From the sequence record OQ992561.1: 64,000 nt of DNA, one strand, 5' to 3'. The notes beneath the pieces were generated by a model. The model was not told where the DNA came from. It did no database searches and saw only the letters and a list, made by a program, of their open reading frames with translations. Position 1 is the first letter of the stretch. Each line of letters starts with the position of its first letter. Positions 38,578 through 47,770 of this stretch are shown in pieces. The translations under genes were made by a program, and so were the position numbers.

Positions 38578-38587
38578 TTCTCACTCC

Positions 38588-39058
38588 TTACGGGGTATAC
38601 ACGGGAATATCAGCCGTCTTAATAGGTGAGTCAACTCGAATATAATAAGTGATTGGTACAGACAGGCTATACCCACGGATATTTAAAATCCCTGTAGATG
38701 AATCGAGATCCCAACCAATACTAGCAGAAGCGCTAATAAGCTTACCACTAGTAGGACTAGTAGTTTCAGGGTCGATAATCTTGAGATCAACGATGGCTGT
38801 AGCCAGAGTATAATCACCCATAGAAGTAATAACTTTGGAAAGATCATAAGTAACTACATCTCCTGGGTTTAATGTACCAGTTTGAAATAGAATTGGTTTT
38901 AAACCAGTACTAGGACCTGGACCAGGGCCACCACCAGATTCTAGGATGGTTGTTACTTTGTCAACCCACCTTAAAATCGCATTATACATTTCTTCACTGG
39001 TGGCTTCAGGCCCAAGAATAAGATCTTCACCAGTATTAGATGAATGTGGATCAGACAT
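38588..39058 (-). CDS. Putative virion/tail accessory protein
   Basis: AGGAG SD; GGGPGPGP linker then beta-rich domain. Confidence 0.6.
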   Translation of the reverse strand: MSDPHSSNTGEDLILGPEATSEEMYNAILRWVDKVTTILESGGGPGPGPSTGLKPILFQTGTLNPGDVVTYDLSKVITSMGDYTLATAIVDLKIIDPETTSPTSGKLISASASIGWDLDSSTGILNIRGYSLSVPITYYIRVDSPIKTADIPVYTP

Positions 39059-39069
39059 TTCTGTCTCCT

Positions 39070-41181
39070 TTAAAACCGCATATATGCGGGCTGATATGGT
39101 TTATACATACGTGTATCAAAGTCATTAAAATCAATTGCGATATCATACTTCTCAAATGATTCTTTTAGCATCTGATAAATGATTTTATTTTCATCAAAAT
39201 TATTATTTTTATCAACATAACTTTCTAATGACTCTGTGATCTCAAATGGAGATTTAATACCCATAATAGCTTCAACCATTGCCTGACTCCATTTTAGAAT
39301 GTCATCTGACCTTGTTGAGATATTCGGTTCATCTTCTGTATCGAGAGTACATTGATATACGACTGTTTGTGAATCCTGACCTTTACGGTAAATTCGAGCA
39401 ATAGCTTGTTCTAGAATGTAATGCCTAAACGGTGAATTAATTGTCACCATAGTATCAGCCATCGTCATACGGACCGCTGTTGAAAGGGAAGCATATGTAG
39501 CTACCAATGGATTTAATTTAGGGTCTTTCTCAAATCTACTGATTATTTGAGGTAAATTGTCATTGGTTTTACCATACACCACCGCCGGATGCATACCTAA
39601 TTTATTGGTGTACTTATCAACAGTATCAACAACCTCAACAAACGATGTAAATGCAATCGTTTTCTTCATAGTTGATTCAGTGATACCAACCCAGTCAATA
39701 TACGGTACCATGTCCACATGGCACTGAATGCGTTTAGCACCTAAAACCCTTCCCAAACATTCACCTTGTATCTTTAGCATAACGTATTTTATAACTGATT
39801 TAATATCTCTAAAAGCAGCTATTTCATTACGAGGTAAAGTTGGCTCTATAAACATTTTTTCATATTGGTTAGATTCTTTAATTTCTTCACCAATGTATCG
39901 CGGGTCTTGATTCTTCTGAATTATTTTAATCAAATTCTTATAGCGAGCGAAACCATCTTTCTGCGCCTGGGTCTTAAGAGAGTTCTCGTGTATCGCCATT
40001 AGTTTAGCCCAATACTTCTCATCTTCTGGTCGGCGCGCAGCATAGAACTTTACACGTTCTCTAATAAAAGCTTCACAATCACGTTTAATGGCATTAAGAG
40101 TATACTGTGATCCATTTGGTATCTTGATACGATACGCTTTTATCCTCGGTGGTAAAACCTCAGTATCTTTCTTTTCAATGACGTACGCAATTAACCCAAA
40201 GCGATGTTGGACAATATCTAATCCTTTCTGTGTCTCTTTTCCAAATGCTTTCTTAAAACGTTCTTCAACCTCATTGGTGAAGAGATCGTCTAATACTCTT
40301 AATGCACTTACTAATTCAGAACCAAGTGCTTTAACAGGGGTACCTGACGCTAATAATCTGTTATTAGAGTTAGACATAAAACATATTTGCTGGAACTTAA
40401 GAGATTGTGCAGAATTAGGATCGTTCATATTGTGTGATTCATCCAGAATCACCGTAATGTTCTTACCTTTGAATATACCGCTTCTTAATAGATCAATTAT
40501 TTTATCTTGCGCCTGGTAATGGGATATAAGTATTCTTTGACCGTTGTAGGCTTTATCATCAATGGTCGACCATACTTTTTGTCTTTCCTTATACATCTCA
40601 ATAATAGATGGCTTCCATATTAGATCAATAGACTTCTTTTCACAAACAACTATAATGATATCCGACTCAACCATTTCAGCAATAGCCATCGTCATGAATG
40701 TCTTACCAGTACCAGGTTTACCTGCAACAATATCACCACGTAAACCATACTGGTCAATTCGATAATTATAATTTTCAAAATAAGCTTTTTGAGACTCATC
40801 TGGTGTAAATGTCAATTTGTCTAACATCTTGAAATTGAGTCTACCTGGTACAGAGTTGGTATCTACAGGACGAGTATTTTTTAACCAGGTATATTGAAGC
40901 ATTGCTTCACGGATGGCATTAACAGTTTTAATAGAGATGTATCTACTTCTATAATTCTTTACTGCTTCTAGCATGTAATATATTTCAGGAGCAAAGAATT
41001 TATAAAATGAAATACTACGACGACTAACCGTGTTAAATAACTGCGTAGCTAATTTAGTGGTTCGCCAATACTTGTTAATATCTCTAATGAATGCAGCACC
41101 ATCAAAACCACTGATGATAATTTCTTGATCAGTTTCAGTAATTGATAGCGAGCCCATTAGCTTCCTAAATGAGTCTATCAT
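39070..41181 (-). CDS. SF2 (SNF2/DEAD-like) helicase (phiKZ gp203-like)
   Basis: GKPGTGKT, DESH, SGT, QAIARIYRKGQ. Confidence 0.9.
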   Translation of the reverse strand: MIDSFRKLMGSLSITETDQEIIISGFDGAAFIRDINKYWRTTKLATQLFNTVSRRSISFYKFFAPEIYYMLEAVKNYRSRYISIKTVNAIREAMLQYTWLKNTRPVDTNSVPGRLNFKMLDKLTFTPDESQKAYFENYNYRIDQYGLRGDIVAGKPGTGKTFMTMAIAEMVESDIIIVVCEKKSIDLIWKPSIIEMYKERQKVWSTIDDKAYNGQRILISHYQAQDKIIDLLRSGIFKGKNITVILDESHNMNDPNSAQSLKFQQICFMSNSNNRLLASGTPVKALGSELVSALRVLDDLFTNEVEERFKKAFGKETQKGLDIVQHRFGLIAYVIEKKDTEVLPPRIKAYRIKIPNGSQYTLNAIKRDCEAFIRERVKFYAARRPEDEKYWAKLMAIHENSLKTQAQKDGFARYKNLIKIIQKNQDPRYIGEEIKESNQYEKMFIEPTLPRNEIAAFRDIKSVIKYVMLKIQGECLGRVLGAKRIQCHVDMVPYIDWVGITESTMKKTIAFTSFVEVVDTVDKYTNKLGMHPAVVYGKTNDNLPQIISRFEKDPKLNPLVATYASLSTAVRMTMADTMVTINSPFRHYILEQAIARIYRKGQDSQTVVYQCTLDTEDEPNISTRSDDILKWSQAMVEAIMGIKSPFEITESLESYVDKNNNFDENKIIYQMLKESFEKYDIAIDFNDFDTRMYKPYQPAYMRF

Positions 41182-41267
41182 TGCATTTTTCCTTAAGGGG
41201 TATGTAAATATAACTCTAAGTCATAAGATTAGCTAACGAATAAAAATACGCACAGTGCAATGATATA

Positions 41268-41449
41268 GAGCAAGGCAGTTTGCGTAAAACGCACTGCACT
41301 TTAAGGGGGTGATCCAGTCGTAAATAAACCGGGGTACTAAAGTATCGTCAGGAACGACACGAACCCCAACTACGGTGCCTTGCTACTCACCGACCTCTAG
41401 ATAGGGGTCGGACCTATTACATTAAAGGAGCCCACCAGGGGCTCCTTTA
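41268..41449 (+). ncRNA. Candidate structured small RNA
   Basis: GC-rich intergenic island without ORF; closing helix agcaaggca/tgccttgct, several internal hairpins, 9-bp hairpin with G-U, own terminator. Confidence 0.6.
41423..41449 (+). terminator. Intrinsic terminator
   Basis: taaaggagccc-acca-g-gggctccttta. Confidence 0.8.
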
Positions 41450-41461
41450 TGCCATTCATTA

Positions 41462-41485
41462 TAAATTAATTTAAATCTATATTAC
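41462..41485 (+). promoter_or_regulatory. phiKZ-type early promoter
   Basis: TAAATTAATTTAAATCTATATTAC, core 41478-41485. Confidence 0.7.
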
Positions 41486-41531
41486 AGGATTACCATAAAG
41501 ATATTTATCCTTTTATAATGAGGAAAAGATT

Positions 41532-41927
41532 ATGTCCGATATTAATAGCACCAGTGTAACAGATGAACTAGTACCTTATTTTCCATCGGCGGATGCCATT
41601 ATTAGTTCTACTATTAGGGATGAAGTAATTCCTAATATTTTGTTATTCCACAAGAATGCTTTTAGTGACTTCCAACACGTTAGTAATATCACAGGTACTA
41701 ATCAGATTGCATCAGGTTATTTACCAGGCGTAGGTTATTATCTTGAGTATAGTGTCACCGGTAATGCTAACCTCATTCCACCTGAAGCAATTAAAGTATT
41801 ACGTAATGTAATCACTAAAAATGGATATAAAGATGACATTACCATCACACCAAAAGGTTTTGGCCTAATCAATTGGTTCATTGTAAGAGTATACGTAGAT
41901 GAGCAAATTAAGAAGACTACTCAATAA
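41532..41927 (+). CDS. Hypothetical early protein
   Basis: GAGGA SD. Confidence 0.75.
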   Translation: MSDINSTSVTDELVPYFPSADAIISSTIRDEVIPNILLFHKNAFSDFQHVSNITGTNQIASGYLPGVGYYLEYSVTGNANLIPPEAIKVLRNVITKNGYKDDITITPKGFGLINWFIVRVYVDEQIKKTTQ

Positions 41928-42075
41928 AGAATTAGAAAAAGAGTTAGTTAAAAAACTAGATTTTCTAGAACGTGATTTTAGAGCTATAAAAGAAGTTATC
42001 AAAACTGGAAAATATCCTGATCCTGTTAATCCGAATCGCAGACAAAGTGATTATGATTTATCTTTTAATAATTAA
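41899..42075 (+). CDS. Small 58-aa protein (MSKLRRLLNKELEKELVKKLDFLERDF...), absent from ORF track
   Basis: Hand translation; fills the gap between two co-oriented genes. Confidence 0.6.
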   Translation: MSKLRRLLNKELEKELVKKLDFLERDFRAIKEVIKTGKYPDPVNPNRRQSDYDLSFNN

Positions 42076-42091
42076 CCTATAAGAGGATGCT

Positions 42092-42493
42092 ATGGAAATC
42101 ACATTTCCATCTGTAAAAGAAGTAATGACAACTGATCCAGCATTTATTGATTTGGTTCTGAAAAGTAAATTACTTACTATCCGTAAAGCAATGATTGATG
42201 TTATTCGAAACATTGAGAATACATCATTAGCATCTAGTAGGCTTGTTAAACAGAAAAGCTATCCATATCAAACTACTTTCGAACTTGTATTTAACCCAAA
42301 GGTTTTTAAATGGTTTGATAAAACAGATGCTATCAATATTAAAAATATTCTTCATGCTGAAGTAGTTAACCAGGATTGGGAGAGTATTGATATTTCTTAT
42401 AATGGTAGGGATATACATGGTTTTGAAAAAGTGACTATTGTATTAACTCCTATGAAAGATGAAGCTATTAAATATGATCTTTCAAAAGCATGA
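42092..42493 (+). CDS. Hypothetical early protein
   Basis: GAGGA SD. Confidence 0.75.
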   Translation: MEITFPSVKEVMTTDPAFIDLVLKSKLLTIRKAMIDVIRNIENTSLASSRLVKQKSYPYQTTFELVFNPKVFKWFDKTDAINIKNILHAEVVNQDWESIDISYNGRDIHGFEKVTIVLTPMKDEAIKYDLSKA

Positions 42494-42509
42494 ATTAAGA
42501 TAACATATA

Positions 42510-42531
42510 CCCTCCCCTTTATTGGGGAGGG
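42510..42531 (+). terminator. Intrinsic terminator (CCCTCCC family)
   Basis: ccctcccc-tttatt-ggggaggg. Confidence 0.75.
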
Positions 42532-42735
42532 ATTATTTACTTATATGTTTAATAGAATAAGGACTCTACCTTGGAATAATGCTAATGCTCTTCACCAGAG
42601 AAAAGAGATATATAGATAGACGTATTACACATTATCAGGTTGAGTAGTAAATTAAAACAACCAATAATACGTTATTCAATATTGAAATAGTTGTTATAAA
42701 ACATTTATATTAATCTAATACAGGAAATAAAGAAA

Positions 42736-43446
42736 ATGGGTGATTATGTATATTTAGAAACTCAAGCTAAAGTAAATAATGAATGGATTGGTATCGAAGA
42801 TATTGAACTAACACAGAATTATGATCTTTATGCATATCTACTTGATATTCGCAATTATTGGGATGTAAAACCATTTGCTTACCATAATGGTGTTCCTGAT
42901 GATCTGAAAAAGAAACCAGAATGGTGGAGTAGTTATGATGATGATCCACGCTGTGATGCATGGATTAGTGGTGAAGCTATTCTAAAAGGTATGAGTGAGC
43001 TTAAACCAGTTACTAAAACAGTATATATGAGTCTATATACTTATATGTCCTGGGATCGTATGTCAGAACCAGATTGCTATTCACGGTATAGCCCACGTCT
43101 TGTAACAGATGAACCAAAAATTAATAAAATCTCTCAAAAACAATTACAGTATTATAAGAATTTAACTGAAAGTTTTTATTCTCTAAACCTTAAAGCTAAT
43201 TATGATTGGAAGGTTATCGACGGTCGGTTACAACGAGTCGGGCCTAAATGTGGTAAGAATCACCTACGTAATCTACGTCGAGTATCGCGTTATCTATCTT
43301 TCTGCAATGTTCCTAATGAACCTATCAAAGTAACTTATACACTCACGGCTGATCAACAGCGAAAAGAATTTAAACCTTTTATTTATCAAGTCCGAAATGC
43401 CGTTCTTAAGTACGGTGATATCCGTCTTCTAATGAGGGTTAGATAA
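42736..43446 (+). CDS. Hypothetical phage protein (MGxD...NYxLF/Y family)
   Basis: MGDYVYLE...QNYDLYAYLLDIRN...GVPDD. Confidence 0.75.
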   Translation: MGDYVYLETQAKVNNEWIGIEDIELTQNYDLYAYLLDIRNYWDVKPFAYHNGVPDDLKKKPEWWSSYDDDPRCDAWISGEAILKGMSELKPVTKTVYMSLYTYMSWDRMSEPDCYSRYSPRLVTDEPKINKISQKQLQYYKNLTESFYSLNLKANYDWKVIDGRLQRVGPKCGKNHLRNLRRVSRYLSFCNVPNEPIKVTYTLTADQQRKEFKPFIYQVRNAVLKYGDIRLLMRVR

Positions 43447-44099
43447 TGGCAATGACAGCTATTGTCGGTAGTCGCTATGCCCCTACATGGGCCCTAGAAT
43501 TAATGATACGCGCAGGAAGAACATTTGTTGATCTAGGTATAGGTATTTCATCAGGCGATGCATATGGATCAGATAGAGCTGGTTGGTATGGTGCAATTCA
43601 GTCTGATAAATGGGATACAGTAGAAAGTCGTATTTACATTATTCGAAATGGATTTCTTGGAAGACGAATTGAGAATCTAGCGTGGTTTCATGATGCCTCC
43701 GTATATACTGATACCATTCCCACAGCTATGGCAATGGCCTGTGCAGCTCGGGGAAGTTTCAATGGTTTAGGTAGAACAGGTATTGAACTACATACTCGTA
43801 ATGTATTTCAAATTCATGGCCATACTTTACGTGAACCTGTTTCAACTATTATTGCATACGGTGAACAAAAGACACCAACCTCTGTAATTAGTGGTGGTAC
43901 TAATACAGCGTGGCAGTTGGCATTAGATGCAAATGTGCCAACTATGTATAACCTATACTGGTCCGATGATGTAAAGAGACTAGAAGAATGGTTAAATAAA
44001 AATGAATCTGATGAGCCATATATGCCAATTGATTGGTCTGAAATCTTAGATCCTAGAGATAGCCGTCTACCTGAATTGATGGATGAATATAATAATTAA
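43446..44099 (+). CDS. SLOG/DprA-like Rossmann protein
   Basis: AIVGSR, SSGDAYGSD, HTRNVFQIHG, SGGTNTAWQLA...VPTMYNL. Confidence 0.7.
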   Translation: MAMTAIVGSRYAPTWALELMIRAGRTFVDLGIGISSGDAYGSDRAGWYGAIQSDKWDTVESRIYIIRNGFLGRRIENLAWFHDASVYTDTIPTAMAMACAARGSFNGLGRTGIELHTRNVFQIHGHTLREPVSTIIAYGEQKTPTSVISGGTNTAWQLALDANVPTMYNLYWSDDVKRLEEWLNKNESDEPYMPIDWSEILDPRDSRLPELMDEYNN

Positions 44100-44133
44100 T
44101 TTTCTCAAATGAATTAGTTATAATAGCCAAAAT

Positions 44134-44160
44134 AAACCCTCCTCTTAGTAGGAGGGTTTA
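44134..44160 (+). terminator. Intrinsic terminator
   Basis: aaaccctcct-cttagt-aggagggttt. Confidence 0.75.
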
Positions 44161-44202
44161 TATCGTCTCAAATTAGATTATCAATTAGAAAAGGAACATC
44201 AA

Positions 44203-45303
44203 ATGAATTATCGTAATAGCAAACTTACGTTAGTCCAGCAGAAGTGGATTGATCGTTTTATCTCCATTGCTATGGAGGTTGATAATGGCCGTGCAATTTC
44301 CAATGCATATCGCTATACTCTTAATGAACAGGGAATTAGTTCAGATAGTGAAGATCTACGTATTCACTATCCTTTTGGAGTTGATAGAAAAGAATTCATC
44401 AAAGAACAAATTTACAAACTATGTGATGAAGTTATAAGCCCTTTAAATCTGAAAGCATTCAGAATTAGTGGTGGTTTTGCATTACTAGATGATGAAGGAA
44501 TCATTGGTTTCCTAATGAATGGAATGGAAGGTACCACTAGTCAGAACTTTAGATTATACTCCAATGAAGAACTGATCAAAGTATTTAAATTACGTTTTGA
44601 AGAAGTATTTGATCAGACTCGTCCACCTAGTATTAAAAGAATTCGGGTTAACTATCAAAATAATGAACTATATAGCTTTAGTGAAGTTATTTCTGTTCGT
44701 AACTACAATCCAAATATGATGGAAATGTATCCATTCCTAGATCGATCTCCAGCTGAAATCTGGACTGAATTCGCTGCATCTGAATCTAATGTTCTACTAT
44801 TGATTGGTCCTCCTGGTACTGGTAAGTCTAATTATATCAATGAGATTATTCGGGCTCGTGGTTATAATGATCGTAATGTGTATCTAGCTGATCAAGATGA
44901 TGTACTTGGCCACGCCGGTTTGACTAATTTTATTCGTGGTGTTGAGGATAATTCACTCATTATTACAGAAGACTCTGATAAAATGGTGGCTAAACGTGTA
45001 GATGGTAATAGTAATATGTCAGGGCTATTAAATGCTACAGCTGGTCTAGTATCTACTAAGACCAAGATTATCATTTCTACTAATCTTCCGACTCTTCGTG
45101 ATGTTGATGAAGCTTTAGTTCGACCTGGCCGTGCTTTCGATATTCTTACCTTCAAAACACTTACTGCTGAACAAGCGAATGCAGCTCGTTTAGCTAATGG
45201 TCTAGATCCAATTGAGTTTGTCGGTAATAATCTTACTTTAGCTGAAGCATTGAATACTAGTTCTTGCAGTAGCCCACGCAAAGCAAGTCGTGTATGTTTC
45301 TAA
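44203..45303 (+). CDS. AAA+ ATPase
   Basis: GPPGTGKS, ITEDSD, ISTN, VRPGR. Confidence 0.88.
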   Translation: MNYRNSKLTLVQQKWIDRFISIAMEVDNGRAISNAYRYTLNEQGISSDSEDLRIHYPFGVDRKEFIKEQIYKLCDEVISPLNLKAFRISGGFALLDDEGIIGFLMNGMEGTTSQNFRLYSNEELIKVFKLRFEEVFDQTRPPSIKRIRVNYQNNELYSFSEVISVRNYNPNMMEMYPFLDRSPAEIWTEFAASESNVLLLIGPPGTGKSNYINEIIRARGYNDRNVYLADQDDVLGHAGLTNFIRGVEDNSLIITEDSDKMVAKRVDGNSNMSGLLNATAGLVSTKTKIIISTNLPTLRDVDEALVRPGRAFDILTFKTLTAEQANAARLANGLDPIEFVGNNLTLAEALNTSSCSSPRKASRVCF

Positions 45304-45410
45304 GGAAAAGTAAGCTGCTTTTAAACTAGCGAAGAAACATGAATTCCAACGTGTTATTTATAATCCTGATGACCTTAAAGTAAAGCATTATTTCACATAC
45401 GGAGATCAGC

Positions 45411-46013
45411 ATGCAGCGCAATAATGACCCGCAGCAAGTAATCATGTCGATTGAGATGTACAATAGCCTACTGGCTATGGCTAATGATTCACCTCATTAC
45501 ACGACAAAACTTATCCAACGTCACGTGCGAAAGATGAATCCTTTTTTACAACCTGCACATCTAAAGAATGTCAGAACTAAGGAAGCTATTCGGTCCCAAC
45601 GTATTCGTGAAGCTCGGGCTTTCTTCGAAGCCAATCATAGAAAAATTCTGTACGCAAAGGTTGATATGGGTAACTGTAAAAAAGGAGATGATCCGGTTTA
45701 CTTCCCATGCATATCTGAACGTATTGCCAAGAATAGACAACTAATCCAAGTTCGTCATGCCAATGAAGTTGGTTATGGACGGTGCATCCGGTTGGTAGAG
45801 GCTAAATATCTCACAACCATTATTCCTGATGGATATATCCAAGGAACTGGGCCGTATAAAAAATATCTTGTTAAAGAGAATGGTCCTTACGATATCCGTG
45901 AACAAGAAGAAAAACGTAAACAAGCTTTTTCGAGTGAGATAGCTAAGAAGTTTGAGTTCAAACATGATTCTTACGATATGGATAATCTCAAAAAGAATTA
46001 TTATACACAATGA
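45411..46013 (+). CDS. Hypothetical basic protein
   Basis: GGAG SD. Confidence 0.75.
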   Translation: MQRNNDPQQVIMSIEMYNSLLAMANDSPHYTTKLIQRHVRKMNPFLQPAHLKNVRTKEAIRSQRIREARAFFEANHRKILYAKVDMGNCKKGDDPVYFPCISERIAKNRQLIQVRHANEVGYGRCIRLVEAKYLTTIIPDGYIQGTGPYKKYLVKENGPYDIREQEEKRKQAFSSEIAKKFEFKHDSYDMDNLKKNYYTQ

Positions 46014-46104
46014 GATTAGTATAAATGGACATTAGTTTATCTCCAGTATGAGTATTCCAATTTCTTAAATATTACTAAAGAGCAGACTATGAATATATCA
46101 GTGT

Positions 46105-46473
46105 TTGCTCTTTGGAGGTAATTACTCTGGAGCATCTAATATGTGTGCAATTCCTGTAATACCTGTATCAAATGACATCACTGTTATTAAGCCAGGTGAT
46201 ACAGTTTGGTCAACAGGTGTTCTCGGTATGAAAGCATCCTGTGAGCATCCACCAGCGCTATTCTGTATACGGGGTGATGAACTTGAAGTTCTAGAAATTA
46301 GCCCTCCCACGGAATATGAGAAAAAAGAAATGTATAAGTGCCGCTTAAAAAGAGGCACTGGTCATTTCTGGATTTATCGTAGTGGGTTTACTAAAACAAA
46401 GCCATTTAATCACAATATGACTGGTTATGAGTTTTGGGATGGTGAGAAAATTAGAGAATATGGTGGGTATTAG
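46105..46473 (+). CDS. Hypothetical protein (start possibly 46140)
   Basis: ORF; GGAGG upstream of 46140. Confidence 0.6.
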   Translation: MLFGGNYSGASNMCAIPVIPVSNDITVIKPGDTVWSTGVLGMKASCEHPPALFCIRGDELEVLEISPPTEYEKKEMYKCRLKRGTGHFWIYRSGFTKTKPFNHNMTGYEFWDGEKIREYGGY

Positions 46474-46484
46474 AGTAAAAGAAA

Positions 46485-46610
46485 ATGACTAGCGAAAATA
46501 ATAAATCAGACATACAACATGAACAAGAAGAACCACCCATATTCAAGATGCTTTTTCTAAGTGCAGTTATAGGTGGATCATTATGGGAAATAATTAGACA
46601 GTGGTTTTAG
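46485..46610 (+). CDS. 41-aa single-pass membrane peptide, absent from ORF track
   Basis: MTSENNKSDIQHEQEEPPIFKMLFLSAVIGGSLWEIIRQWF; ends in the hairpin at 46596-46619. Confidence 0.55.
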   Translation: MTSENNKSDIQHEQEEPPIFKMLFLSAVIGGSLWEIIRQWF

Positions 46611-46644
46611 CCACTGTCTTTATAATGTATTTTGAGTTATAAAA

Positions 46645-46809
46645 ATGTCCATAGAAAAAGCCTATTCCAATTTAATAGCTTCAATTAAAACAGTTAGAAA
46701 ACATTTTCCTAAATTAATTCAAGAGAAGAATTTAGATGAGGAATTACGACGGGAGTTTACGACTCCTATTCAATTCGACCCGACTAAGAAATCGGGAAAC
46801 TCCTTTTGA
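46645..46809 (+). CDS. 54-aa ORF ending TCC-TTT-TGA (candidate +1 frameshift 5' part)
   Basis: Hand translation MSIEKAYSNLIASIKTVRKHFPKLIQEKNLDEELRREFTTPIQFDPTKKSGNSF. Confidence 0.55.
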   Translation: MSIEKAYSNLIASIKTVRKHFPKLIQEKNLDEELRREFTTPIQFDPTKKSGNSF

Positions 46810-46993
46810 TAACGAACAGTCAGAAATGGATAAGTTAAAACCAATCGATGACTTTTGGAAAACTAAAACAATTAAACCATCAGATGCTTATTTAGAAAGA
46901 AAGAATGAGCAACTAAAGATGATTAATCCGCATAAAGTTTATAATCCATTCAATGAAAAAGATACGGTATTAAAACCTATTTCTAAATTATAA
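46736..46993 (+). CDS. Hypothetical protein in the +1 frame relative to 46645-46809
   Basis: ORF track; start uncertain. Confidence 0.55.
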   Translation: MRNYDGSLRLLFNSTRLRNRETPFDNEQSEMDKLKPIDDFWKTKTIKPSDAYLERKNEQLKMINPHKVYNPFNEKDTVLKPISKL

Positions 46994-47005
46994 AAAGGAT
47001 TTACT

Positions 47006-47425
47006 ATGAAACAAGATCATCAATTCTGGCATGATAAACCATTTTCAGAAAATGAAGTTAGGAAGAAACTTGGCGGATCTTCATTATCCAAACTAAGTAC
47101 AGAACAGATTTTAGAAGAGTGGCGAACAGAACATATTGAACGTAACACTCCTTTAAGTAAAAGGCTATATGACATTCGTAATAAAGCCATCAATGATTAC
47201 TCACTTACTGATAATAAGCAAGTTAATAATCTGTTGCAATGTGCAGTGGATCAAGTCTTAGCAGATGTGATCATTATGTTAGATGGTTCAGTGCCACATA
47301 AGCAATTTCAAATTTATGAATATGAAATTGAAATGGACAGTAAGGAATTATCGATTAAAGAACATACTCGTCCAATAACTGAAGATCTACTAAAAAATTA
47401 TTTTGAATTGGTGAATGGCAAATGA
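47006..47425 (+). CDS. Hypothetical protein
   Basis: AAGGA SD. Confidence 0.75.
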   Translation: MKQDHQFWHDKPFSENEVRKKLGGSSLSKLSTEQILEEWRTEHIERNTPLSKRLYDIRNKAINDYSLTDNKQVNNLLQCAVDQVLADVIIMLDGSVPHKQFQIYEYEIEMDSKELSIKEHTRPITEDLLKNYFELVNGK

Positions 47426-47766
47426 CTGAACGTATTCATTACTCAGATCGTAAGTTACCGCTGTGTTTTAAAGGTGTTTATGACATTCCAGTTGTAACCA
47501 TCGAAAACTATTGTAAGTGGTATGGTCTTAATATTGTCTATCCAGATGGGCGTGTTGAATGGGTTGACACTGATTTACTTGCTGAAATAGAACGGGAAAG
47601 CAAGTTCTCAGTAATGGGTGATCACAACTATCATCCAATTCTGCTGGACAAAGTAGCTGAGAAGATTGGCGGGGTGGCATGTGAGGTTGCACGTGAGTTG
47701 ATGACTGGTCGTTGGGTACTAGAGGTTATGGACGGTAAAATCCCTGGTCAAGAAAAATTCTGTTAA
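47422..47766 (+). CDS. Hypothetical protein
   Basis: ATGA-coupled. Confidence 0.75.
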   Translation: MTERIHYSDRKLPLCFKGVYDIPVVTIENYCKWYGLNIVYPDGRVEWVDTDLLAEIERESKFSVMGDHNYHPILLDKVAEKIGGVACEVARELMTGRWVLEVMDGKIPGQEKFC

Positions 47767-47770
47767 ATGG

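Noticed and set aside
41268-41384. Retron msr-msd interpretation of the a1/a2-like inverted repeat
   Set aside because: No reverse transcriptase in the window and no long msd-type stem inside the closing helix.
41305-41437. tmRNA-like reading (GGGGGTGA... ...CCCACCA)
   Set aside because: The acceptor stem fails beyond 3 bp, there is no T-arm GTTCRA, the length is far too short, and the CCACCA is part of the terminator loop.
42675-42686. Palindrome TTCAATATTGAA in the 42493-42736 gap
   Set aside because: An almost AT-only 12-mer, expected by chance at this composition.
45294-45424. T-TTA-AAC slippery heptamer (45320-45326) that would fuse an 11-codon ORF to an open -1 frame, giving ~43 aa
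   Set aside because: The heptamer is common in AT-rich DNA, no stimulatory downstream structure is evident and the upstream ORF has no SD. It may be a decayed small gene.
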